Assembly: GCA_018056375.1 (NCBI GenBank)
Contig: JAGPFQ010000001.1
Span: forward strand, 39,995 to 103,994
Source of the DNA: Candidatus Dojkabacteria bacterium
Lineage (GTDB): Bacteria; Patescibacteriota; Dojkabacteria; SC72
Reading direction: 5' to 3'
Length of the DNA: 64,000 nt
The notes beneath the pieces were generated by a model. It was not told the origin of the DNA and made no database searches. It was given only the letters and a program-made list of their open reading frames with translations. Numbering within the stretch: position 1 is the stretch's first letter; each line of letters opens with the position of its first letter. Shown here in pieces: positions 18,406 through 27,552 of this stretch. A program made the position numbers and the translations under genes.

Positions 18406-19452
18406 CTATACTTTGATTCGTGCAGTAGAAGCCAATCTATTGCGTGTTCTTTCTGTTCTTTGGATTTGGTTTTCTAATATTGTCCTTTTTTCTGGTGATG
18501 TCTCTTGCTGTTTTTTTGATTCTAATTTCTTTAGTCTTCTGTTGGCTATAATTTCTCCTGCTATTCCAGCTTTTGCTAAGTTTCCAGTAATTGTAGCTAT
18601 TGGTAGTACAATAGGAAAAGTTCTTGCAGCCTTATTTGCGGCTTCATCAATAATTAGAGTTTTTCTAATGTCTCTCTGCTGTTCTCGTTTGTTTCTTTTT
18701 TGGGTATCAAATTCAGATCTTGAGGAGACTGTATTTATTCTATCTTGTCCATAGATAGCTCTGTTAAGTAGTTCATCCTTATATTCTAAGTTGTTTTTAA
18801 TAAATCGTCCTTCGTGTATTTGCATTTGAATAGCCTCTGGAATGACATCTACCAGAGGTACACCTGCTTTGCCTGCTAAGTTTGCAGCAGTTACAAGCCA
18901 TGCTGGTATATCTGGTGTTGTATCAAGCTTCTTTGCTATCTTTGCTATTTCTTTAAGCGTTTCTTGATCAGTTCCTAGGTTGATTAGTGCTTTTTTAGCT
19001 ACATCTGCAACTGTCTTTCCACTTTTTGCAGCATTCTCTATTGTATCTGCAACTGTCTTTCCACTTTTTGCAGCATTCTCTATTGTATCTGCAACTGCTT
19101 CTCCTCCTTTTGCAGCTAATGATGCATCAGATGTTATTGTTCCTATCTGTGGAAGGACTGAGAGCAAACCGCCAACAAATGTCTTTGCTGCTGGACCTAC
19201 TAGTTTTTTAGTTCCCTGAATATATTTTTTAGTTGGTTCAGTAAAGATATAGTCTATTCTGTCAAATAGAGTGCTTGCTGTTCCTGCTCTAACAGCTTTT
19301 TCAGTATCTCCGTGTTGTAGCTCTCTTTGTTCTAGTGTAGCTATTGCCTCTGCCTGTTTTCTTTCTAAATTCCCAGTCTCTACATAACCTTTTTCAAATT
19401 GAGTTGTAGATATATTTTCGCTTTCACTTTGACCTATTTCTCCGTTAGACAT
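18406..19452 (-). CDS. Hypothetical protein with internal perfect tandem repeat (ORFan)
   Basis: 348 aa; acidic N-terminus, basic C-terminus; 14-aa unit GKTVADTIENAAKS repeated twice, encoded by a perfect 42-bp DNA tandem repeat (~19020-19103); last gene of a 3-gene minus-strand operon. Confidence 0.5.
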   Translation of the reverse strand: MSNGEIGQSESENISTTQFEKGYVETGNLERKQAEAIATLEQRELQHGDTEKAVRAGTASTLFDRIDYIFTEPTKKYIQGTKKLVGPAAKTFVGGLLSVLPQIGTITSDASLAAKGGEAVADTIENAAKSGKTVADTIENAAKSGKTVADVAKKALINLGTDQETLKEIAKIAKKLDTTPDIPAWLVTAANLAGKAGVPLVDVIPEAIQMQIHEGRFIKNNLEYKDELLNRAIYGQDRINTVSSRSEFDTQKRNKREQQRDIRKTLIIDEAANKAARTFPIVLPIATITGNLAKAGIAGEIIANRRLKKLESKKQQETSPEKRTILENQIQRTERTRNRLASTARIKV

Positions 19453-19547
19453 TTTGTTATTTATTTATTAAATTTAATAATCTACCAATGAAGTTATCCT
19501 TCATATGGGCAAGAACAAGTTTTTCTAATCTAATTAGTTTAATTTAT

Positions 19548-19973
19548 TTACTCTTCATTCTTCATTATCTCTTGAACCATAGGATGATCCTTATTGCTTT
19601 CAATAGTTGCAACAGCTGTTGGATCCTCAGCTTGATATCTCTCTATTAAATCTTTTGTAGCTTTAGTTTGCTCCAATACGTCTTTGAGATATTCTAAGAG
19701 CATTTCTTGTTTAGTTTCTTCTGCCCTATCACCGTACGCAGCTGAGAATATCAATGATATATTCTTATCAGCTTCTTCTATTGTTGAAGGTTCTTCTATT
19801 AATTGTGCTTCAACTGATTCTAAAACAGAAAGGTCTTTGTCTTGTAAATCCTGTAGGGCATTATCCATTATTTCCTCTGCAGCTAATTCTAATATCTCTG
19901 CATATGTTTTATCAGTAAACCCTAGAGAGTAAAGTTGTTGCTTTATCTGCTCCATTTCTTGGCTAAAATCCAT
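19548..19973 (-). CDS. Hypothetical small acidic protein (ORFan)
   Basis: 141 aa, strongly acidic, helical-looking; middle gene of the operon. Confidence 0.45.
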   Translation of the reverse strand: MDFSQEMEQIKQQLYSLGFTDKTYAEILELAAEEIMDNALQDLQDKDLSVLESVEAQLIEEPSTIEEADKNISLIFSAAYGDRAEETKQEMLLEYLKDVLEQTKATKDLIERYQAEDPTAVATIESNKDHPMVQEIMKNEE

Positions 19974-20008
19974 GGCAGTAAATTATTATTAATTTAAATT
20001 AACTATTT

Positions 20009-21640
20009 TTATTTTATTGTAGCAACCTTTGCTGCGGCAGCAACCTCTGCTGCTTTCTTTGCTTGTGCTATTCCTACAAGGCCTTGTCCTCCCATAAAAA
20101 CGTGACTCACAAGACTACCTACACTTGCTCCAATAGCACCAAAGCTTAAGAAGCTAATAGCATGTGTAGCAAAATTACTTGATAATACCTTGTGTATCTT
20201 ATTCCATCTGTTATAACGTTTCTCAAGATGGGCCTTCTTCTTATCATTAGTTTCTTTTGCAATTTGCTCTTTTAGCGTGAACATTCGTTGAGGAGCGAAC
20301 TCTTTTATTTCTTGTGCCGTCATAGATGTGACTGCAGCTATCATTGCAACTGGTACTCCAACAGCCAAGCCTCCAGCTACAGTTGTTCCCAACCCAAAAA
20401 GAGTTCCTATAACTTTGGTAACAGTTAACTTTCTTTTTTGTCGTTGTTTCTCTTGTTCTGCCTTAGCCCTTTCTCTTTCTCTTACTACTTTCTCATCTTC
20501 TTTGTATTCTTTCCATTCACCTTTCGCTTCTGCTTTCCCTGAAATGGGTGTTGTGGGAGAAGTTGGTGATACTGGTTGTTTTGGTTGTGGAGGTGGTGTG
20601 CTATCCTTAATTGTTTTATCTGATTTGTTATCCTTTTCTTTTTCCTTTTTCTTTCCTGTAAAAAGATTCTCCAAAGCTGCAATTTTCTCTCTATACAAAT
20701 CTCTTTCTCTACGTACTGCTGCCAATTCACCTTCCTTGGCCTGTTCTCTCTGTGCAGCTTCAAGTGAGTAAGGTATCTTGTGTTTATCTTCAAATGCTTT
20801 CTTAAACTCTTCAGCTTCGGGTCTTGTATCTCTTTTTGTTTTTTTCCTACTCTCGTCTAAGTAGGTTCTATGTTTTTGCCAAGCTTTTTGAACTTCCTGA
20901 ATCTTCTGCTCTCTTCTTTGTTTCTCAGCATCCTTCAATATCTTCATCTCATCAATATCTATATTCTTTGAGGTATAAACACCTTCCTTATCTCGTAGTT
21001 TACTCTTAAAACTTTTCGTTGCTTCTTCGTCGAGATTTGACATATATTTTTCCCTGTACTTTTTATCCATTCTTTGAATGTTTGATTTATGTTCCTGATA
21101 TTCAGTATTGTTTGCTAGATGATTTTCAAGAAGAAGTTTCACTTCTTGCTCATTGAGTTCTCGTCCTGAACGCAAATCTTTATCAAAACTGGACATATCT
21201 CTCATCTTTTTACGATACTCAATAAAATTCTGCCTCTCAGCTATTCTCCTAGCTTTTGTGTTCTCATCATATTGTATTGTCTCTACACTTTCCCTATCCA
21301 TCCCCTCTAGGTGTTTTTTTCTTGCTTCTGTATTCTGTTTTGTTCCTGGCTTGTAAACAGTTGCTACCTTTTTTGCATATGGACCTTTTACTGTCCAGTG
21401 CTGAAGTAGTTCTGGATCAGTTTGATTCTTTATCGTGTCAACTGGCTGAAATTCAAATTCAGGATAGTCTTCTGATCTTGTAATTCTAGAAGAATTCGTA
21501 ATTGTTGAGGTTTCAAATTTATCGATAACAGTACCGTCTGCACTTACTAATGTTACGTGACCTTGCTTTTTTGGTTCGGCTACGTCTTGTTCTGCATCAT
21601 TAACAAGCCCTTGTGTGTCTGCATTTTCACTTGGGGTCAT
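20009..21640 (-). CDS. Hypothetical K/E-rich coiled-coil protein with C-terminal transmembrane hairpins (ORFan)
   Basis: 543 aa; ~400 aa charged coiled-coil-like sequence, Pro/Thr/Ser linker (STPPPQPKQPVSPTSPTTP), then two Gly/Ala-rich TM segments; first gene of the operon. Confidence 0.5.
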   Translation of the reverse strand: MTPSENADTQGLVNDAEQDVAEPKKQGHVTLVSADGTVIDKFETSTITNSSRITRSEDYPEFEFQPVDTIKNQTDPELLQHWTVKGPYAKKVATVYKPGTKQNTEARKKHLEGMDRESVETIQYDENTKARRIAERQNFIEYRKKMRDMSSFDKDLRSGRELNEQEVKLLLENHLANNTEYQEHKSNIQRMDKKYREKYMSNLDEEATKSFKSKLRDKEGVYTSKNIDIDEMKILKDAEKQRREQKIQEVQKAWQKHRTYLDESRKKTKRDTRPEAEEFKKAFEDKHKIPYSLEAAQREQAKEGELAAVRRERDLYREKIAALENLFTGKKKEKEKDNKSDKTIKDSTPPPQPKQPVSPTSPTTPISGKAEAKGEWKEYKEDEKVVRERERAKAEQEKQRQKRKLTVTKVIGTLFGLGTTVAGGLAVGVPVAMIAAVTSMTAQEIKEFAPQRMFTLKEQIAKETNDKKKAHLEKRYNRWNKIHKVLSSNFATHAISFLSFGAIGASVGSLVSHVFMGGQGLVGIAQAKKAAEVAAAAKVATIK

Positions 21641-21819
21641 GAGTAAAATTTGTATAATAGTTTACATACATCTACCAACACTTTAATATACTCCAAAATG
21701 TGAGCAGATTATTAATATATACATTAATACTTCTTAATAATAATGTCAAATCTTTACTCTTCTGCTAGATTAGACTAAAAGATGTTTAGAAAACATCAAT
21801 AATCTGGTATATTTGAGTA

Positions 21820-24800
21820 ATGCAAAATATGTTGAAAAAACTTTGGTATATAATAAAACAAAGGTATGGACAAATACTTCTAGTGATCCTCTTGATACTC
21901 GTTTCATTCTTATCAATTAGGTGGGGACAACACCTCATATCTAATGATAACTACTCACCAGAACTAAACCCATGGATGTCAGTACAAAGATATTTAGAAT
22001 CTCCTGCATGGAGAAGTTACAGAGTATTAGGTTTTGCATCAGATAGTGAACAAGCAGATATATTTAGATCAATAATCTTTGGGATTTTAGATTCATTTTT
22101 ACCAAATGCATTACTAGCTCAACTCTTCTCCCTCTTCTGTCTTTGTGTTGGTACACTATCAATGGCTACTCTGGTATCTCAGTTTGTTAGAGATAAAGTG
22201 AATACAAAAAGTTCAGGATACATATTTTTCTTTGCTGGTTTAATATATCTCTCATCTCTATGGACAGCTTGGGTTTTTAATTTCAACATGATGCCATATA
22301 TTGCACAGTATGGTTTTCTTCCATTAGTACTTCTAGCAGGCTATTGGTATATGAAAGATCCTTCCAATGGTAAAGCTCTTCTTCTTTTCATAGCTTCTCT
22401 TCTCTTTGTATCCACTGCAGTAATAGGTACATTGTTTTTTGTAAATATTGTTTTAATAACGGCATTCCTAATATATTTTGGTATAAACCATAGAGTGCGA
22501 TTCAAAGGTATTCTAAAAGGTCTTGGAATATTCTTAATTGTACAACTTTTTTGGTTGCTTCCTTTTGGACAATATGCAATATCAACTAGTGATAACATTA
22601 TTGACTCCTACACTAACAGAACTATCACAGCTAATACCATAGATTTGGAGAAAGAGATGATGACATTACCCAATTCTGCTAGATTGTATACAAGACTGCT
22701 TGGAACTGTAGATAATCCTAAAACAGATACATATATTTTTCCGCCATCTGCCGACTACATGGAGTATGATTTTTACAAAGTAGTGGGTCTTCTGCCTCTC
22801 TTTCTTTCCATAGTGGGGTTGGTATTTGTAATTGCTCAAAAAAAATTCCGCTTACTTCCCCTCTACATTCTACTTTTTGGTTTACTCTTCTTACTAAAAA
22901 ATCAAAATCCTCCACTAGGCGAAGTATATATTTGGCTCCAAGAAAACTTCAATATATTCAAACAAGTTTTTAGATGGATATCATCTAAACTAGGTCAACA
23001 ATACTTAGTTGTTCTAACATTTACTTCTACAATTGGTTTTGCTCTTCTTTTAAACTTCCTTGCATCCTTTTTCAAGAAAGTATCAAGGTATATCTTCATA
23101 CTCTTCTCACTTGCTCTTGTTGTTGTTCCTCTCTTTTTCTACTCAGAGTATCTTTTTAGAGGGCATCTTTTTACACAGAGAGCTACTGTTAATTTACCAG
23201 AACAATACTTTGAATTAAAAGAAGCTATTAAAACAGATCCATACAGTAGGATATATTACGCTCCACCGTCAAACAATGGATATTTTAGGGAATATGATTG
23301 GGGTTTTGTTGGTTCTCAATTTATCTCCTACATAATTCCTAATCCAGTGATGGATATGTCTTTGGCCATAGGGTCTGATGTTGGAGAGGATGCAATGTGG
23401 GAGATTAGGAATGTGTTTGATGCAGGTGATAGAGAGTTGTTCTTAGAGAAGATGCAAAAATATGATGTTGGATATATTCTGGTAGATAGGAGTGTTGTTA
23501 AAGGTAGATACGGACATGCTCTTAATTGGGACAACATGGAGAACATTGTTAAAGATTTAGAACTTGTTTGGGAGAAGGACTTTCTCTCGCTATACAAAGT
23601 AGAAAATGAAAATGTCCGATATTCCGAATATCTAGGTTCTTCTGATTCATTACCTGTTGGCTCTTTTACTCGAGATGTACAACAAGAACCTAGGATTGTG
23701 CCAATGAATCTACCAATATCTTCCCCATCTTTAACAAATGGATATCTATCTCAATCAGTGGAATATTCTGGAATACCAGTAAACCTCTACTCAAACATTA
23801 AATATCCGGATATTAACAATGCTCCGATATATGTAAAAAAATATGGAGATAGGGTAAAGATATCACCTGCATTCCCCAGACTAAATGGTGTTACAAATGA
23901 TTCATACAAAGAGTTTCAAATAGATGATGATGGAGAGAATTACTACATAATTGATAATTATGTGTTAGATAATAAATCAGTAGAAGAAGGTATCTCTCTT
24001 ACATCAAAATTTGGAGAAACAGACTCAATATTGTTTGTAAAGAAATCCTCTATGAACAGAGAATCTGTAACTGATGTATTAGTAAATTCTCAACCAGGTG
24101 ATTGCTCTGGAGGTGAGTATGTAATACTTCCTGATGTTGAGAAAGAAAAAATTGCATCAGGTTTCAAGTTAGAGGGATATACAGAACTACCATGTTTGTA
24201 TATGAATATAAGGTTGGATAAAAGAATTACATATGTTGGCTCTATAGATGTAAACTGGGAGCCAGGTAGTAATACAACTTTTGGTCTCTGCCTCTACTCT
24301 GCTAAAGAAGGAGCTTGTATTAACAAAGAAAAGTTTTTCGATACCAGTGCAGGGTATGGAAATATTAGTATATTACTACCAAAACCATTAAAAGGTAATG
24401 ATAACCTCTCTCTTTCAATATATGCCTCTAACCCCCTGTCTGCAAAAGCATCTATAAATATTAGAAATGTAGATGTGAATCTCTCAGGTGCTATACAAGA
24501 AGCACCAGCTCTTACAGAATATATAGATGTCCAACAGAAAGTATTAGAACTAGGAGGAGAAAGGAAAAATATTCTTGTCGAATTACCAGTTCTTTACGGT
24601 AATGACAGCTATATTTACTCAAACAAGAATGCTAATAACACTATTTGGGAAACAGGCAAAGCAGAAGATGGGTCTCTGCCACATGTTACCAAGTTTGATG
24701 ATGGTATGAGGCAGGAAGTAAGAAATCAGATGGTAAATCAGTATACACATGTTCTACACAGAACTCCTGCTCATCAGTATCTATGGTATTGGAAAGGTGA

Positions 24801-25413
24801 GAATATTAAGAATATACCTGCCTCTCTCTGTCTTACATATCATGGTTCTGATAGGTGTTGGGTTGATGATATCCTCTATACCAATGAAGAAAAATCCGTA
24901 CTAAAAACATTCCTCTCACCTGCAGAAGATTTAGGTATAATGGATGCTTCTTACAACAGTATTAGTTTTGCAGATTTAAGTGTAAACAGATTAAAGCAGT
25001 TCATTGTAATGCCAAAACCAGAGGTTTGGGATAATGTTGTCTACAAAGCTTCTGTAGAGAGAGAATATCAAGAGGTTGAACTTGTTCCTAGAAACGAGCA
25101 TGGCTCTCTTTATACTTTAGGAGAAGATCAAGAACTTTCCAGAAACACTCTCATCTCTATACCTCAATCTAAATCTAAATATTGGTTAGCTTTAGCTAGA
25201 AAAGATAATCAATTTAAAATCTTTGGAAAAGAAAACAGAGTTAATATTAATGGTTGGAAACAAGGTTGGGATACTGAGGGTAAAGAGTATGATTCTGTAA
25301 TAGTTATCTATTGGCCTAACCTACTCTCCTACTTTGGATATTTGTTAATAATTATTTTGTTTGTATACTTAATTGTTAAAATTGTAAAGCAAAGAAAATA
25401 TGGATTTAAATAA
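21820..25413 (+). CDS. Giant integral membrane protein (~13 TM N-terminal domain + ~750-aa extracytoplasmic domain); possible GT-C-type membrane glycosyltransferase
   Basis: 1197 aa; N-terminal ~440 aa polytopic, then large soluble domain, final C-terminal TM helix; architecture resembles YfhO/STT3-like GT-C enzymes; REYDWGFVG after the last N-domain TM loosely recalls the STT3 WWDYG motif; 3' end overlaps a GT2 gene. Confidence 0.4.
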   Translation: MQNMLKKLWYIIKQRYGQILLVILLILVSFLSIRWGQHLISNDNYSPELNPWMSVQRYLESPAWRSYRVLGFASDSEQADIFRSIIFGILDSFLPNALLAQLFSLFCLCVGTLSMATLVSQFVRDKVNTKSSGYIFFFAGLIYLSSLWTAWVFNFNMMPYIAQYGFLPLVLLAGYWYMKDPSNGKALLLFIASLLFVSTAVIGTLFFVNIVLITAFLIYFGINHRVRFKGILKGLGIFLIVQLFWLLPFGQYAISTSDNIIDSYTNRTITANTIDLEKEMMTLPNSARLYTRLLGTVDNPKTDTYIFPPSADYMEYDFYKVVGLLPLFLSIVGLVFVIAQKKFRLLPLYILLFGLLFLLKNQNPPLGEVYIWLQENFNIFKQVFRWISSKLGQQYLVVLTFTSTIGFALLLNFLASFFKKVSRYIFILFSLALVVVPLFFYSEYLFRGHLFTQRATVNLPEQYFELKEAIKTDPYSRIYYAPPSNNGYFREYDWGFVGSQFISYIIPNPVMDMSLAIGSDVGEDAMWEIRNVFDAGDRELFLEKMQKYDVGYILVDRSVVKGRYGHALNWDNMENIVKDLELVWEKDFLSLYKVENENVRYSEYLGSSDSLPVGSFTRDVQQEPRIVPMNLPISSPSLTNGYLSQSVEYSGIPVNLYSNIKYPDINNAPIYVKKYGDRVKISPAFPRLNGVTNDSYKEFQIDDDGENYYIIDNYVLDNKSVEEGISLTSKFGETDSILFVKKSSMNRESVTDVLVNSQPGDCSGGEYVILPDVEKEKIASGFKLEGYTELPCLYMNIRLDKRITYVGSIDVNWEPGSNTTFGLCLYSAKEGACINKEKFFDTSAGYGNISILLPKPLKGNDNLSLSIYASNPLSAKASINIRNVDVNLSGAIQEAPALTEYIDVQQKVLELGGERKNILVELPVLYGNDSYIYSNKNANNTIWETGKAEDGSLPHVTKFDDGMRQEVRNQMVNQYTHVLHRTPAHQYLWYWKGENIKNIPASLCLTYHGSDRCWVDDILYTNEEKSVLKTFLSPAEDLGIMDASYNSISFADLSVNRLKQFIVMPKPEVWDNVVYKASVEREYQEVELVPRNEHGSLYTLGEDQELSRNTLISIPQSKSKYWLALARKDNQFKIFGKENRVNINGWKQGWDTEGKEYDSVIVIYWPNLLSYFGYLLIIILFVYLIVKIVKQRKYGFK

Positions 25414-26227
25414 AGCTGTTGTTTCCATTGTCATACCTGTTCATAATGGAGAGAAATATATTAAAGAATCAATAGATAGTTGTCTTGCACAGACATACAG
25501 TAATATTGAGATAATAGTTGTGGATGACAAGAGTACGGATAGTACTTTAGAGATTCTTAAAGGATATGGAGAGAAGATAACAGTTCTTCCAGTAGAGAAA
25601 CAGAATGGTTTAGGTAATGTCATTAACATAGGTATTAGAGCTTCTAAGGGTAAATACATAGCAAGAATGGATGCAGATGATATTATGTACCCAGATAGAA
25701 TTGAAAAACAGGTTGAGTATTTAGAGAATAATCCTAGTTGTGTAGCAGTAGGTGGTCAGATAGATATCATTAATGAGAATTCGGACATTACTGGACATAG
25801 GGAGTATGCACAGAATGATAAAGACCTAAAGAAAAACAGATTCCTTTTCCAACCATTTGCACATCCAGCTGTTACATTAAGAAAATCTACATTAGAAGAG
25901 ATAGGTCTCTATCCTGAAGATATGTGGAAGGTTGAAGATGTTAAACTATTCCTAATACTAAGTACAAAGGGTGAATTTGCTAATCTACCAGATACTGTAC
26001 TTAAATACAGAATGACTTTTCAAACAGAGAGTCAGTCTAAAATGGTTGAACATTTTAAATTAACAAATGATATGAGGAATTGGGCTATACAAAATTTAGA
26101 TATTAAACCTACATTTAGAGAATATGTTATATGGAATATGCAAAAAGTAGGAGTTAGAATACTTAGTATTCTCCCCCCTACTCTCTTTATGAAAGTGTTT
26201 GAGATTTCTAGAAAGATATTTAAGTAA
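25400..26227 (+). CDS. Family-2 glycosyltransferase
   Basis: VSIVIPVHNGEKYIKESIDSCLAQTYSNIEIIVVDDKSTD... GT-A N-terminal signature with DxD (RMDADD). Confidence 0.8.
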   Translation: MDLNKAVVSIVIPVHNGEKYIKESIDSCLAQTYSNIEIIVVDDKSTDSTLEILKGYGEKITVLPVEKQNGLGNVINIGIRASKGKYIARMDADDIMYPDRIEKQVEYLENNPSCVAVGGQIDIINENSDITGHREYAQNDKDLKKNRFLFQPFAHPAVTLRKSTLEEIGLYPEDMWKVEDVKLFLILSTKGEFANLPDTVLKYRMTFQTESQSKMVEHFKLTNDMRNWAIQNLDIKPTFREYVIWNMQKVGVRILSILPPTLFMKVFEISRKIFK

Positions 26228-26258
26228 AAAAAGAGAGGATGTATATCCTCTCTTTTAA
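26228..26258 (+). terminator. Rho-independent terminator after GT2 gene
   Basis: AAGAGAGGAT-GTAT-ATCCTCTCTT then TTTAACAATTTTC. Confidence 0.5.
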
Positions 26259-26435
26259 CAATTTTCTTTATTTTATCTTTTCGTCCTCAATATATTATTT
26301 ATATATATGGACTCATCAGTAAGACTATTAGTCTTAGAAGACTCAGTGTGTGACGAAGCTATACGAACAGGAAATATTCCTAAAGGAAGATTAATTCCAG
26401 TTCAAAGCCCACAGAGTCTTGGATGGGTGGTTGGT

Positions 26436-27077
26436 TTATGGTGTCTGTTGGATTAAAAAAATGCCAGCAGAGTTATTGCCTGCATCAGTACTCACCTTGA
26501 CTTGCATGCCTTGTGCGAACATTGATGTGCCATTGCAGTAAACTGGGTTTCCTGGGATACATAGTGTATCATCTATCCAGATAAATTCTGCAGAGTGGTT
26601 TATCTGTCCGTTAAAGGGCATCTCGAACTCGTAGGTAAGTCCTTTTGCTTTTATTTCCCATAATGGGAGACCTGGTGAGGTACGGTGTTCCTCTGCCATG
26701 TCTATTACGCAAGTTTTTAGTCCTGGATCCCAATAGGAGAAAAATTCTCCTGCGCTCCCGAGCTCGATAGTGTACGGACAGCGAGGATCCACTTCCTTTT
26801 CAGGTGTCGGGGTTACTACGACCTCGACGATTTTTTCCTGTATAACAGGCACCTCAACTGTTACGAGCTTCTCAACCTCTACCACTACAGGGACTTCGAT
26901 GGTTTCAATCACTGGTTCCGGTTTGATACATCCATCCGGTCCCATTAAACCACCGGCATCAAAACAGCCGGCTTCAACGCCTTCTTCAAAAGAAGGCAGA
27001 GGTTTTGTGCATCCTGTCAAAGACAGGACGATTACCACCAATACGGTGGACAGTACAATTAAAAGTTGCTTTTTCAT
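26436..27077 (-). CDS. Hypothetical lipoprotein (signal peptide + lipobox LTGC), encoded in a locally GC-enriched segment
   Basis: MKKQLLIVLSTVLVVIVLSLTGC...; E/V/P-rich linker then Cys-containing domain; DNA here is visibly more GC-rich (runs such as ccggtttgatacatccatccggtcc, caccggcatcaaaacagccggcttcaacgcc) than flanks. Confidence 0.55.
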   Translation of the reverse strand: MKKQLLIVLSTVLVVIVLSLTGCTKPLPSFEEGVEAGCFDAGGLMGPDGCIKPEPVIETIEVPVVVEVEKLVTVEVPVIQEKIVEVVVTPTPEKEVDPRCPYTIELGSAGEFFSYWDPGLKTCVIDMAEEHRTSPGLPLWEIKAKGLTYEFEMPFNGQINHSAEFIWIDDTLCIPGNPVYCNGTSMFAQGMQVKVSTDAGNNSAGIFLIQQTP

Positions 27078-27400
27078 TTTTACTCCTTTATTGAAAAAAG
27101 TTTTTGTTTTAAATTTTTTGCTATCCCTTTAGGATGCATACTATACCCAATATATTTAATATAAATAAAAATAATTAGATACACTATGCATCCCAATTGA
27201 ATATGCAAATATATGAGGAGTTAAAATGAATACCCTATCTAACTCTATATTTCGTCACACACTATTTAATCTAAACATATACTGATAGAAATCATATGTA
27301 TATATTTAGAAATTTTTAAAGATCTTCGAGTTTTTAAATAAAAACTCATACAAGGTACAAACCTTTTCTATGAATCTTTATTTGGAAAAACAATTACATT

Positions 27401-27540
27401 TTAATGAGCAGGTTATTTAACTATACATACATTATACTATAGGTTGGGTTAAAAGTCAACAGTTTAGTGTTGGTATAGAGTCGTTAATCTTTTGTTAATG
27501 AGCAGGTTGTATAACTATGTATATTATACTATAAGTCTGG
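27401..27540 (+). promoter_or_regulatory. Tandemly duplicated ~46-bp promoter/operator-like element upstream of ORF 27553
   Basis: Copy 1 27401-27446 (TTAATGAGCAGGTTatttaactatacatacATTATACTATAggttgg) and copy 2 27495-27540 (TTAATGAGCAGGTTgtataactatgtatATTATACTATAagtctgg); identical 14-mer TTAATGAGCAGGTT plus -10-like TATACTATA in each. Confidence 0.45.
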
Positions 27541-27552
27541 TATAATATCAAT

